From positions 26,556 to 90,555 of the forward strand of contig JAFQCU010000001.1 of the NCBI GenBank assembly GCA_017416285.1: DNA of 64,000 nucleotides. The letters are read 5' to 3'. The translations under genes were made by a program, and so were the position numbers. This stretch comes from Clostridia bacterium (lineage in GTDB: Bacteria > Bacillota > Clostridia > Oscillospirales > Acutalibacteraceae). This document shows, in pieces, positions 9,293 to 18,137 of this stretch (positions are counted from its first letter, which is position 1; each line of letters starts with the position of its first letter). The notes under the pieces were generated by a model, which saw only the letters and a program-made list of their open reading frames with translations, was not told the origin of the DNA and did no database searches.

Positions 9293-10825
9293 ATGAAAAA
9301 ACCTATTGTTTTAACTATTATGGACGGCTTTGGCTTTAATCCAGAAGTAAACGGTAACGCAATCAAAGCCGCTAATACTCCCCGTCTTGATAATATCTTT
9401 GCTTCTTGCCCTACTACCGAAATTGGCGCTTCAGGTATGGACGTTGGTCTTCCCGACGGTCAGATGGGTAACAGCGAGGTTGGTCACACCAACATTGGCG
9501 CAGGCCGTGTTGTTTATCAGGAGCTTACCCGTATTACCAAATCAATCGCTGATGGTGACTTTTTCACAAACGAAGCATTTTTAAACGCTGTTGAAAACTG
9601 CAAAAAGAACAACAGCGCATTGCACCTTATGGGTCTTTTGTCAGACGGTGGTGTTCACTCACATATTGAGCATTTATATGCTTTGGTTGAGCTTGCAAAG
9701 CGCAACGGTCTTGACCGTGTTTATATTCACGCTTTGCTTGATGGCCGTGACGTGCCTCCCGCAAGCGCTGCTGACTTTATTGACGCTTTAAACAATAAGC
9801 TTAATGACCTTGACTGTGGCAAACTTGCAACTGTTTTGGGCCGTTTTTACGGTATGGACCGTGACAACCGTTGGGACCGTGTAAACAAGGCGTACGCCGC
9901 GTTGGTTTACGGTGAAGGCGTTAAGACTGATGATGCCGCCGCTGCTGTAAGATATTCTTACACACAGATTGATGAGGACGGCAAAAACATTACTGATGAA
10001 TTCGTACTTCCTACTATTGTCGAAGGTACTGAAAGAATTAAATCGGGCGACAGCGTAATATTCTTCAACTTCCGCCCTGACCGTGCACGTGAAATTACCC
10101 GCACATTTGTTGATGAGGCTTTTGACGGTTTTGAACGTGTTGGCGGCAAGCTTAACGTTTACTACGTTTGTATGACACAGTATGATGCTTCAATGCCTAA
10201 TGTTGAGGTTGCTTTCAAGCCCCAGTCATTGGTTAACACCCTTGGTGAATATTTAAGCGTTAAGGGTCTAAGTCAGCTTCGTATTGCTGAAACCGAAAAA
10301 TATGCTCACGTAACCTTCTTCTTTAACGGCGGTCGTGAGGTTATGTTTGAGGGTGAGGACAGAATTCTTGTCAACTCACCCAAAGTTGCAACCTATGACC
10401 TACAGCCCGAAATGAGTGCAAATGAAGTTTGCGATAAAGTTTGTGAAGCTATCGAAGCCGGCAAGTATGACGTTGTTATATTAAACTTTGCAAACTGCGA
10501 TATGGTTGGCCACACAGGCTTCTTTGATGCTGCTGTAAAGGCGGTTGAAACCGTTGATAACTGTGTTGGCAGAGTTCAAGACAGCGTTCTTAAAATGGGC
10601 GGTGTAATGCTTCTCACAGCAGACCACGGTAACGCTGATAAAATGCTCGACACCGATGGTTCACCCTTTACCGCACATACAACCTTCCCTGTTCCCTTTG
10701 CTGTTATTGGTAAGGATTGCGAACTTCGTGAAGGCGGTAAGCTTTGCGACATTTCGCCAACAATCATTAAGCTATTAGGTTTAGAACAACCCGCTGAAAT
10801 GTCTGGCGAATCAATAATTAAATAA
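9293..10825 (+). CDS. gpmI: 2,3-bisphosphoglycerate-independent phosphoglycerate mutase
   Basis: 510 aa. Motifs LTIMDGFG, GNSEVGHTNIGAGR, NFANCDMVGHTG and ADHGNAD. Confidence 0.95.
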   Translation: MKKPIVLTIMDGFGFNPEVNGNAIKAANTPRLDNIFASCPTTEIGASGMDVGLPDGQMGNSEVGHTNIGAGRVVYQELTRITKSIADGDFFTNEAFLNAVENCKKNNSALHLMGLLSDGGVHSHIEHLYALVELAKRNGLDRVYIHALLDGRDVPPASAADFIDALNNKLNDLDCGKLATVLGRFYGMDRDNRWDRVNKAYAALVYGEGVKTDDAAAAVRYSYTQIDEDGKNITDEFVLPTIVEGTERIKSGDSVIFFNFRPDRAREITRTFVDEAFDGFERVGGKLNVYYVCMTQYDASMPNVEVAFKPQSLVNTLGEYLSVKGLSQLRIAETEKYAHVTFFFNGGREVMFEGEDRILVNSPKVATYDLQPEMSANEVCDKVCEAIEAGKYDVVILNFANCDMVGHTGFFDAAVKAVETVDNCVGRVQDSVLKMGGVMLLTADHGNADKMLDTDGSPFTAHTTFPVPFAVIGKDCELREGGKLCDISPTIIKLLGLEQPAEMSGESIIK

Positions 10826-10830
10826 TTTTA

Positions 10831-10859
10831 AAAAGCCGATGTAATACATCGGCTTTTTT
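10831..10859 (+). terminator. Rho-independent terminator after gpmI
   Basis: AAAA-GCCGATG-taata-CATCGGC-TTTTTT. Confidence 0.8.
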
Positions 10860-10965
10860 GTTTCATTTTTTAACAATTTTCGCAATTTTTACCTATTATA
10901 TTTTTGCATTCGCAACACACAATAATATTGCAAACGCAAAAATATTTATAGGAGAGTAATTAAAA

Positions 10966-11151
10966 ATGGCTAAACATGTAGTTCCCGAAGCTAAGGACGC
11001 ACTCAACCGCTTCAAGATGGAAGCAGCTAACGAAGTTGGCGTTAACTTAAAGCAGGGTTACAACGGCGACCTCACCGCTAAGCAGGCTGGTTCTATCGGC
11101 GGTCAGATGGTTAAAAAGATGATCGAATCTTACGAAAACAGCATGAAATAA
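10966..11151 (+). CDS. Small acid-soluble spore protein, alpha/beta type
   Basis: 61 aa. The LNRFKMEAANEVGV ... GDLTAKQAGSIGGQMVKKMI pattern is the conserved alpha/beta SASP core. Monocistronic, with SD AGGAG and its own terminator. Confidence 0.85.
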   Translation: MAKHVVPEAKDALNRFKMEAANEVGVNLKQGYNGDLTAKQAGSIGGQMVKKMIESYENSMK

Positions 11152-11164
11152 TTTTATTTCAAAT

Positions 11165-11193
11165 AAAAAACCTCTCATTACGAGAGGTTTTTT
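11165..11193. terminator. Bidirectional Rho-independent terminator (SASP gene on +, rhaD on -)
   Basis: AAAAAA-CCTCTC-attac-GAGAGG-TTTTTT, symmetric A/T tracts. Confidence 0.75.
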
Positions 11194-11232
11194 GTTGTTT
11201 AAAGAGAAATTTAATTTATCTTGCTTAAAAAA

Positions 11233-12048
11233 TTAAAGATCCAAAAAATCTTTTCTGTATTCTAAACCAAATGCATCTGCAACGGCTTTGAGTTCTTCAT
11301 CACGGATTGTATTAATGTGAGGCAAATGTGCTATTGACATATAAAGCTGTGCTGCCTTTTCAACAGTTTCAATAAGGCCGAAGGTTTCATCCATATCCTT
11401 ACCAGCGCCGTAAATACCATGAAGTCCCCAAACAACAAGGCGATATTCTTCCATCTTCTTGGCAGTTGCAATACCAATTTCGTTATTGCCGCAAACCATC
11501 CAAGGAAGCACACCAATACCATCAGGAAAAACAACGATACATTCGGTGCACATTTCCCAAATGGTGTGAGTGAACTTTTTATCATCAAGCTCGTGAATAT
11601 GTGTCATAGCGAGGGTTGCGGTGGGGTGTGTATGCATTACAACACGGTGGTTGGGGTCCTTCTTAAGTCTTGTCATATGGCTCATAAGATGGGCAGGAAG
11701 CTCACTTGTAAAACGACCGCCGTCCTTATATCCCCAAAGTAACTCTGCAGTAGTGCCGTCTTTAGCAATGCGGATAATACCAAGGTTGGTTTCAGGGTCA
11801 AATTCAACATTCTTGAAGTATTTGCCGGTACCTGTTACGATAAAGATTTTACCGATAAGGTCGGTCGCATCAAAACCAGTAGGAATAGTGCGGATAACTT
11901 TATCGAGGTCGAGATATTCGGCAACCTCATCGGTTTCAAGCATATAGCTTATGTTACCTCCGTTGCGTTCGTCCCAACCAAGGCGATACATATTAGCAGT
12001 TGTTTTCATCATTTCTTGCACAAATGGTGCGGTTAAAATATCTTTCAT
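11233..12048 (-). CDS. rhaD: Rhamnulose-1-phosphate aldolase
   Basis: 271 aa. N-terminus FVQEMMKTTANMYRLGWDERNGGNISYML and the HTHP metal motif. Last gene of the rhaB-rhaA-rhaD string. Confidence 0.85.
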   Translation of the reverse strand: MKDILTAPFVQEMMKTTANMYRLGWDERNGGNISYMLETDEVAEYLDLDKVIRTIPTGFDATDLIGKIFIVTGTGKYFKNVEFDPETNLGIIRIAKDGTTAELLWGYKDGGRFTSELPAHLMSHMTRLKKDPNHRVVMHTHPTATLAMTHIHELDDKKFTHTIWEMCTECIVVFPDGIGVLPWMVCGNNEIGIATAKKMEEYRLVVWGLHGIYGAGKDMDETFGLIETVEKAAQLYMSIAHLPHINTIRDEELKAVADAFGLEYRKDFLDL

Positions 12049-12049
12049 T

Positions 12050-13312
12050 TTAATTTCTCTCCTTTAAAATTTCAGTTTCATATTCTTTGACGGCTGCAAA
12101 CCATTCACCATCAACAGGGGCGCCGCATACCTTACAGTATTCAGCCCATACGTCACCAAAAGGCAAGGTTTTGAGTTCTTCCTGTTTGACCATAAGCTCG
12201 GTCCAGTTATCCTTATTTTGAATATCAGTAAGTTCAGCATTAGGTGTAAGTAATGCCATAAGCAATGCCTTTTGTACATTTCTAAATCCTACTGTCCAAG
12301 CAGATACACGGTTAATAGATGCATCAAAATAGTCAAGCGCAATTTTAACGCTACCTTCTAATCCGCCACAACGCACGATTTCCTTGCAAATTTCTTTTGT
12401 TTCGTCATCTAAAAGCACAACGTGATCGCTATCCCAACGAATAGGACGTGTAACATGAAGCGCAACTTCGGGGAAAAACGCAAGTAAAGCGGGTATTTTA
12501 TCAGACACAACTTCAGTTGGATGATAGTGACCGTTATCCATAAGCGGTATGCACTTATCTTTATTTGCAGCTGCATAAGAAAGTGAAAATTCCGCACTGC
12601 CAACTGTATATGCTTCAACACCGATACCAAAAACCTTAGATTCAACACAGGGCTTAACCTTATTAAAATCGAACGGTTCAGACAAAATTTCATCAATGGA
12701 TTCTTTATATCTAACACGTGGGCCCATTCTGTCAGCGGGAATATCCTTGAAACCGTCCCCTGTCCAGATGTTCATAACACATTCTTGTCCGAGTTCTTCT
12801 GCCAAGTACTGCGAAATTCTAATACAAGCTTTACCATGCTCAATCCAGAATTTTCTAGTTTCTTCGTTAGGGCTTGAAAGGGTTAAAGGGTCGCACTTGG
12901 GATGTGAGAAAAACGTAGGGTTAAAATCACAGCCAAGGCCGCGTTCTTTACAAAAATCCACCCATTTTTTAAAGTGCTTGGGCTCGATTTTATCTCTGTC
13001 AACCCAACCACCGTTTTCATCATCAAAAATAGCGTAACAGGCATGTAAATTAAGCTTTTTAGTGCCAGGGCAAAGCTTTAATACCATATCAATGTCTGCC
13101 ATTAGCTCTTCAGGAGTTCTTGCACGACCGGGATAATTACCTGTGGTTTGAATACCGCCCGAAAGAGCATCTACCTTTTGGTCAAAACCACGAACGTCAT
13201 CACCTTGCCAGCAGTGGAGTGCAATCGGCACCGATTTTAAGGCTTCGATAGCCTTGTCAGTATCAATTCCCCATTTTGCATAAATCTCTTTAGCTTCTAA
13301 ATATCTTGACAT
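12050..13312 (-). CDS. rhaA: L-rhamnose isomerase
   Basis: 420 aa. ALHCWQGDDV and the length are typical of RhaA. 1-nt TAATG overlap with rhaB. Confidence 0.9.
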   Translation of the reverse strand: MSRYLEAKEIYAKWGIDTDKAIEALKSVPIALHCWQGDDVRGFDQKVDALSGGIQTTGNYPGRARTPEELMADIDMVLKLCPGTKKLNLHACYAIFDDENGGWVDRDKIEPKHFKKWVDFCKERGLGCDFNPTFFSHPKCDPLTLSSPNEETRKFWIEHGKACIRISQYLAEELGQECVMNIWTGDGFKDIPADRMGPRVRYKESIDEILSEPFDFNKVKPCVESKVFGIGVEAYTVGSAEFSLSYAAANKDKCIPLMDNGHYHPTEVVSDKIPALLAFFPEVALHVTRPIRWDSDHVVLLDDETKEICKEIVRCGGLEGSVKIALDYFDASINRVSAWTVGFRNVQKALLMALLTPNAELTDIQNKDNWTELMVKQEELKTLPFGDVWAEYCKVCGAPVDGEWFAAVKEYETEILKERN

Positions 13313-14682
13313 TATTCTACCTCCTGAATATCAAATGTATTTATAACAATTTTTCTAGCCTCGGCTAAATCGATATCGTTATTGGTATACATCAGCTGTG
13401 CAATAAGATTGCCAATGGCAGTTCCCTCTGTCGGTCCAACGGTAACACGTCTTCCCGTATACTCTTTAGTGAGTTTATTGAGATATCTGTCCTTGCTGCC
13501 GCCGCCGACAATAGCAACACGGTCTACCCTTTTACCTGCAACCTGCTCAATTTCCTCAACGGTGTTTTTATAGCTTGTTGCAAGCGAAATATACACACTT
13601 TTTAGTACGTCACCAATAGGAAGCTCGGGCTCGCCAAGATAATTTCTTATAGCTTCAATCATATTTTCCGGTGCTAAGAAGCAATCATCTGTCGGGTCAA
13701 TAAGCTTATCGTAGCTGCTTTCCATTGCCATTTGCATCATTTCATCATAGGTATACTTCTTATCCAGATTTTTGCGAATATTTTGGAAAAGCCACATACC
13801 CATAATATTTTTAAGGAAACGGAATCGGTAATTTATACCGCCCTCATTTGAAAAGTTTGCTTCCATAGCGGCGGGTGTAGTAACAGGATAAAGGTTTTCG
13901 GTACCAACAAGGCTCCACGTACCTGATGAAATGAAAACTGAATTTTCATCCACAGGGCAAGCTGCAACGGCAGATGCGGTATCGTGGCTGGGACAAAAGA
14001 TGACCTTACTATCAAAGCCAACCTTTTCCTTGATTTCATCGGTAAAGTTTCCGATATATGTACTTGGCAAATTAAGCTCGCCAAAGATTTCAGCATTTAT
14101 GCCCAAAGCATCACACACCGATTTGTCAATCACTTTGTTTTCGGCATTTACAAGCCCTGTAGTTGAGGCGTTGGTATATTCATTTTTCATAACCCCTGTT
14201 AAGCGGTATGAAAGATATTCCGGCATCATAAGAAGGCGTTTAGCATTATTAAGCTTGCCGGTTTTTTTATCACACCAAAGCTGGAAAATGGTGTTATATG
14301 GTTGAATTTGAATACCTGTTTTTAAATAAAGTTCTTCTTTGCTTATTACAGCAAAAACCTCATCAACAGCCGTGGTAGTACGTGAATCACGATAAGAAAC
14401 ACAAGGCAATATTTCCTTATTGCTTCCGTCAAACAGCACGTAATCCACACCCCATGTGTCTATTGCCACGGTTTCAGGTATTTTGCCCATTTTTTTACAT
14501 TCGGCAATACCGCTTACAACGTCGCTTGTAAGCTTTTCAATATCCCAAATAAGTGTGCCATCCTGTTCTTTGAAACCATTTTCGAAACGGTAAATTTCGG
14601 TGGTTTCAAGACGACCGTTTTTGAGTTCACCCAAAATGTGACGACCGCTGGAAGCACCAATATCTATTGCTAAATAATACAC
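13312..14682 (-). CDS. rhaB: Rhamnulokinase (FGGY family)
   Basis: 456 aa. The AIDIGASSGRHILG ... IYRFENG ... WDIEKL pattern is characteristic of RhaB rather than FucK. Confidence 0.85.
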   Translation of the reverse strand: MYYLAIDIGASSGRHILGELKNGRLETTEIYRFENGFKEQDGTLIWDIEKLTSDVVSGIAECKKMGKIPETVAIDTWGVDYVLFDGSNKEILPCVSYRDSRTTTAVDEVFAVISKEELYLKTGIQIQPYNTIFQLWCDKKTGKLNNAKRLLMMPEYLSYRLTGVMKNEYTNASTTGLVNAENKVIDKSVCDALGINAEIFGELNLPSTYIGNFTDEIKEKVGFDSKVIFCPSHDTASAVAACPVDENSVFISSGTWSLVGTENLYPVTTPAAMEANFSNEGGINYRFRFLKNIMGMWLFQNIRKNLDKKYTYDEMMQMAMESSYDKLIDPTDDCFLAPENMIEAIRNYLGEPELPIGDVLKSVYISLATSYKNTVEEIEQVAGKRVDRVAIVGGGSKDRYLNKLTKEYTGRRVTVGPTEGTAIGNLIAQLMYTNNDIDLAEARKIVINTFDIQEVE

Positions 14683-14707
14683 TTTTAAAAGCCCTCCTTA
14701 ATACCGA

Positions 14708-15655
14708 CTATACATAACTATACAATACTTGTGCCTTACCGCTAATAACAATTTTTAAACCGGCCGGCACAAACACGCTTGCCCCTTTAGTAAGATCAAG
14801 CTTATCGCCGTTGTACTCAATAACAGCATTACCTTCGAGTACAATAAGGGAAGCAAAGCTATCAGGTAAATATATATCCATTGTTTTATCAAGCTCAATT
14901 ATCCTTGCGGTGAATTTTTCGCAAGTGGCAAGCTCGGTCACGCCATCTTCTATAACTCTGCCGATTTTACCGTAAGGAATTTTGGGTGCTTCGCATTTTG
15001 TGACCTGCAGTGCTTTATCTACGTGCAGTTCACGTGGTTTGCCATCAGCACCAAGACGACCAAAATCGAACACACGATATGTACTATTGGAGTTTTGTTG
15101 CACTTCAGCAATTAAGATACCTGCACCGATTGCATGCAAGGTGCCTGCGGTTATGAAGAAAACATCTCCCTTTTTAACCGGAACTGAATTACAAACCTCC
15201 AAAAGTGTATTATCTTTAATACGTCTTTCAAATTCTTCTTTTGTTATGTCCGATTTAAAACCATAAATTAGCTCGGCGCCCTCTTCACAGTCGACAATAT
15301 ACCACATTTCAGTCTTGCCGTATTCACCCTCGACCGATAATGCGTAGTCATCATCAGGATGAACCTGAACCGACAAGCTTTGCTTGGCATCAATAAACTT
15401 AATAAGTATCGGAAAATATGAAAAATCAGCTGCATTTTTGCCAAGCGCTTCGCTTCCCCAAATTTCCAAAACTTCGTTTATTGTTTTCCCTTTATGTTCA
15501 CCGTTAAGAACGATATTCATACCATCCTTGTGGCAGGATAACAGCCACGCTTCTGCGGCAATATCCTTATCGGTTTTAAACCCAAAGTCGGTTTTTAGTT
15601 TTGTGCCGCCCCAAATATAATCCTTCATGGGTGGCTTTAATAATAGCGGATACAT
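14708..15655 (-). CDS. manA: Class I mannose-6-phosphate isomerase (cupin)
   Basis: Motifs YIWGG, SVQVHPDD and LHAIGAGILIAEVQQNS. I prefer the ATG at 15655 (SD GAGGT 5 nt upstream). The ORF-track start at 15667 would give an ATGA overlap with the upstream gene. Confidence 0.75.
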   Translation of the reverse strand: MYPLLLKPPMKDYIWGGTKLKTDFGFKTDKDIAAEAWLLSCHKDGMNIVLNGEHKGKTINEVLEIWGSEALGKNAADFSYFPILIKFIDAKQSLSVQVHPDDDYALSVEGEYGKTEMWYIVDCEEGAELIYGFKSDITKEEFERRIKDNTLLEVCNSVPVKKGDVFFITAGTLHAIGAGILIAEVQQNSNSTYRVFDFGRLGADGKPRELHVDKALQVTKCEAPKIPYGKIGRVIEDGVTELATCEKFTARIIELDKTMDIYLPDSFASLIVLEGNAVIEYNGDKLDLTKGASVFVPAGLKIVISGKAQVLYSYV

Positions 15656-15663
15656 TTTATACC

Positions 15664-16968
15664 TCATTTTAATTTCAAGTCAAAGGGTGATGCCAAATAC
15701 CCCGCAGCATTATATAAATTATGCTCAGGAGCATTATTATACCCTAATGTTATTCTATTAGGAATTAAATTTGTTGTCAATAATATATTTAAACAATTAT
15801 TATCAATTTGTATATCAAAAGGTAACGCTTTGCCGTCTTTCGAATATACGTAAAAATCACGCAAACCTTCCCCTTTGATATTAAGCCCCAAAGCGTGTGA
15901 AAAAAACAGTTTGATTTTATTATCAACGTATTCGTATTTTTCTAAAATAGGGCCACAATACTCAACATTTTCGCCAAATTGAACGTTTCTTACGGCATTT
16001 GCCAATTCATAAGAAACAGTTTTCTTTCGTACGGGATGAATTAGCTTGCTTTCCCCAGTATTAACAATGGTAACAAGGTAAGTATTATCAACTGTTTTTG
16101 ACACTAGTTCCTGTTGACTTCTAATCATTGCCCAATCAGCAATTTCGGCATTTTCATTATATGGCATCAACTGAACGCAATAAAACGGCAAATTATCGTT
16201 CCAAATTTCACGCCAGTTTTTTATCATAATTTCCAGCATTTCGGCGTAATGAACACTTTCTTCATTACCACGGTTGCTTTCACCCTGATACCACAAAACG
16301 CCCGAATTGGGAAAAGGAACAATGTTTAAAAGCTTATTCTTATAAAGATAAGAATTATGATTAAATTTGTAAACGTTATAATCATTATGACGAACCTTTT
16401 GCATTTGGATATAGCGCTCACTATTAGTGTATTCCGGTGATGTCCACGCATCAACACGTGAAGCACCTTTTGAACAGGAAATCACACCCACGGGAACGCC
16501 TGTATGCTTTTGCAAAGAATTCGCAAAATAATAGCCAATAGCCGAAAATTTATCCGCACCTTTATCCCTGCAAATTATCCAATCAGCAGAATTATGTATA
16601 GGATTATTTTCTTCGTCAACACTGTTTGGCTCAGTAAAAAAGCGGATATTTTCATTATCGAAATATTCAATATCGGCAGTTTCTTCTAAAAGAAATTCTA
16701 TATTAGACTGCCCCGCCGCAATATAAACATCACCAATTAAAATGTTTTTGATAACTCGTTTTTCACCATTTAAGGTAACCGTCATATCAAATGGTCCGCC
16801 CGCTTTATGTGGCGGAAGATAAAAATTAAATTTATCGTTTTTGGATATAAAGTTATAAACTTTACCGCATAATTCAATTTCTAATTTGCCTTCGCCGCAA
16901 CCAAAAATGCAAATTTCCTTATCACGCTGAAGGACCATATTGTCACCAAAAATTTCGGCCAGATTCAT
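15664..16968 (-). CDS. Sialate O-acetylesterase-like carbohydrate esterase (DUF303/SASA family)
   Basis: Block motifs AAGQSNIEF and VLWYQGESN. No signal peptide. ATG at 16968 with SD AGGTG 6 nt upstream. Confidence 0.65.
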   Translation of the reverse strand: MNLAEIFGDNMVLQRDKEICIFGCGEGKLEIELCGKVYNFISKNDKFNFYLPPHKAGGPFDMTVTLNGEKRVIKNILIGDVYIAAGQSNIEFLLEETADIEYFDNENIRFFTEPNSVDEENNPIHNSADWIICRDKGADKFSAIGYYFANSLQKHTGVPVGVISCSKGASRVDAWTSPEYTNSERYIQMQKVRHNDYNVYKFNHNSYLYKNKLLNIVPFPNSGVLWYQGESNRGNEESVHYAEMLEIMIKNWREIWNDNLPFYCVQLMPYNENAEIADWAMIRSQQELVSKTVDNTYLVTIVNTGESKLIHPVRKKTVSYELANAVRNVQFGENVEYCGPILEKYEYVDNKIKLFFSHALGLNIKGEGLRDFYVYSKDGKALPFDIQIDNNCLNILLTTNLIPNRITLGYNNAPEHNLYNAAGYLASPFDLKLK

Positions 16969-16981
16969 ATACAACACCTAC

Positions 16982-18124
16982 TTACAGTTTAAGTTCGTAA
17001 TTATGTAATTCCTTTAACTCCTGCAAAAGCTTATCAAAATCATCGGCGCTTAAAAGTTCTGCCCTAACAAATCTGTAAAGCAAGCTTCTTATCCCTAAAA
17101 AGGGCAATTCATGCAAGTGACAAGCAAAAAAGATTGAAATTTCGTTTTTAATATCAATCGCAGCAAAAGAGCCGGCTGCTCCATCCCAACCGAAATCAAG
17201 ATATCTATCATCACCGCCGAAGCAACGAACACCCAAGCCGTAGCCGTGCGTGTCCCTAAGCCAAAAAGTACTTCTTTGTTGCTCAGTCAAGCGGTTAGTA
17301 CTCATAAGCTCAAGAGTTTCCTTCTTTAAAAGCACACCAGTGCGAAGACCCTCTAAAAACTTGATATAATCTTCAACCGTGGAAATACAGCCCGCACCGC
17401 CGGAAGCATATTCACTACCAAGCTTGAAAAATGGCATAATCGGTTTTCCGATATTGACCGGTTTGCCATCCACAAATTTATATTGCTCGGAAACAGTTTC
17501 TATCTCATCTTCCGGCAACAAATAGGTAGATCGTGTCATACCCAAAACATCAAAAATGTTCTTTTTTACATAGTTTTCAAATTTTTCGCCTGTGAGAACC
17601 TCAACTAACGCAGCCAACACGTCGTGTGCCATGCTATATTGCCATCTCTCACCCGGTTCAAAACATAGCGGTTCTCTTGCGGCATATTTAAACGCCTCAC
17701 GAGTTGGACTTTTGCCCTTTGTTTCTTCCCTGAATTTCATAAGTGAGGGTGATTCAAGGTCATAAGAAAGTCCCGAAGTCATTTCAAACAAATGCTTGAT
17801 AAGAATTGGGTTTTCGGCTTTTTTAATGCCGTTTTCGGTTTGAACATTCATATTTTCAAACTCAGGCATATAGTCCGAAAGCTTGTCTTCAAGCGAAAAA
17901 AGTCCTTTTTCCCACAACTGCAGTACAGCGGTACAAGTAAGCGGTTTTGAGCAAGAATAAATATTATACCTTTCCTTGCCGTTAATTTTAACCTTATTTT
18001 CAAGGTCGCTATACCCGTTAAAGTGGCGGAGAACACATTCTCCGCCTTTGAAAACAGTAATATCAAAACCGGGCAAGCCCATATTTAAAAAAGAATCGCA
18101 AAACGCTTTTGTTTTTTCTAACAT
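16982..18124 (-). CDS. Beta-lactamase-fold serine hydrolase (class C/esterase-like)
   Basis: 380 aa. S-x-x-K motif in YSCSKPLT and typical family VIII esterase/AmpC-like length. Cytoplasmic. Confidence 0.65.
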   Translation of the reverse strand: MLEKTKAFCDSFLNMGLPGFDITVFKGGECVLRHFNGYSDLENKVKINGKERYNIYSCSKPLTCTAVLQLWEKGLFSLEDKLSDYMPEFENMNVQTENGIKKAENPILIKHLFEMTSGLSYDLESPSLMKFREETKGKSPTREAFKYAAREPLCFEPGERWQYSMAHDVLAALVEVLTGEKFENYVKKNIFDVLGMTRSTYLLPEDEIETVSEQYKFVDGKPVNIGKPIMPFFKLGSEYASGGAGCISTVEDYIKFLEGLRTGVLLKKETLELMSTNRLTEQQRSTFWLRDTHGYGLGVRCFGGDDRYLDFGWDGAAGSFAAIDIKNEISIFFACHLHELPFLGIRSLLYRFVRAELLSADDFDKLLQELKELHNYELKL

Positions 18125-18137
18125 AATAAACCTCTAA

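Noticed and set aside
10861-10965. Forespore sigma-G/sigma-F type promoter upstream of the SASP gene
   Set aside because: Such a promoter is expected biologically. However, I could not find a -35 (GnATR) and -10 (CATnnTA) pair with correct 17-18-nt spacing, so no promoter is called.
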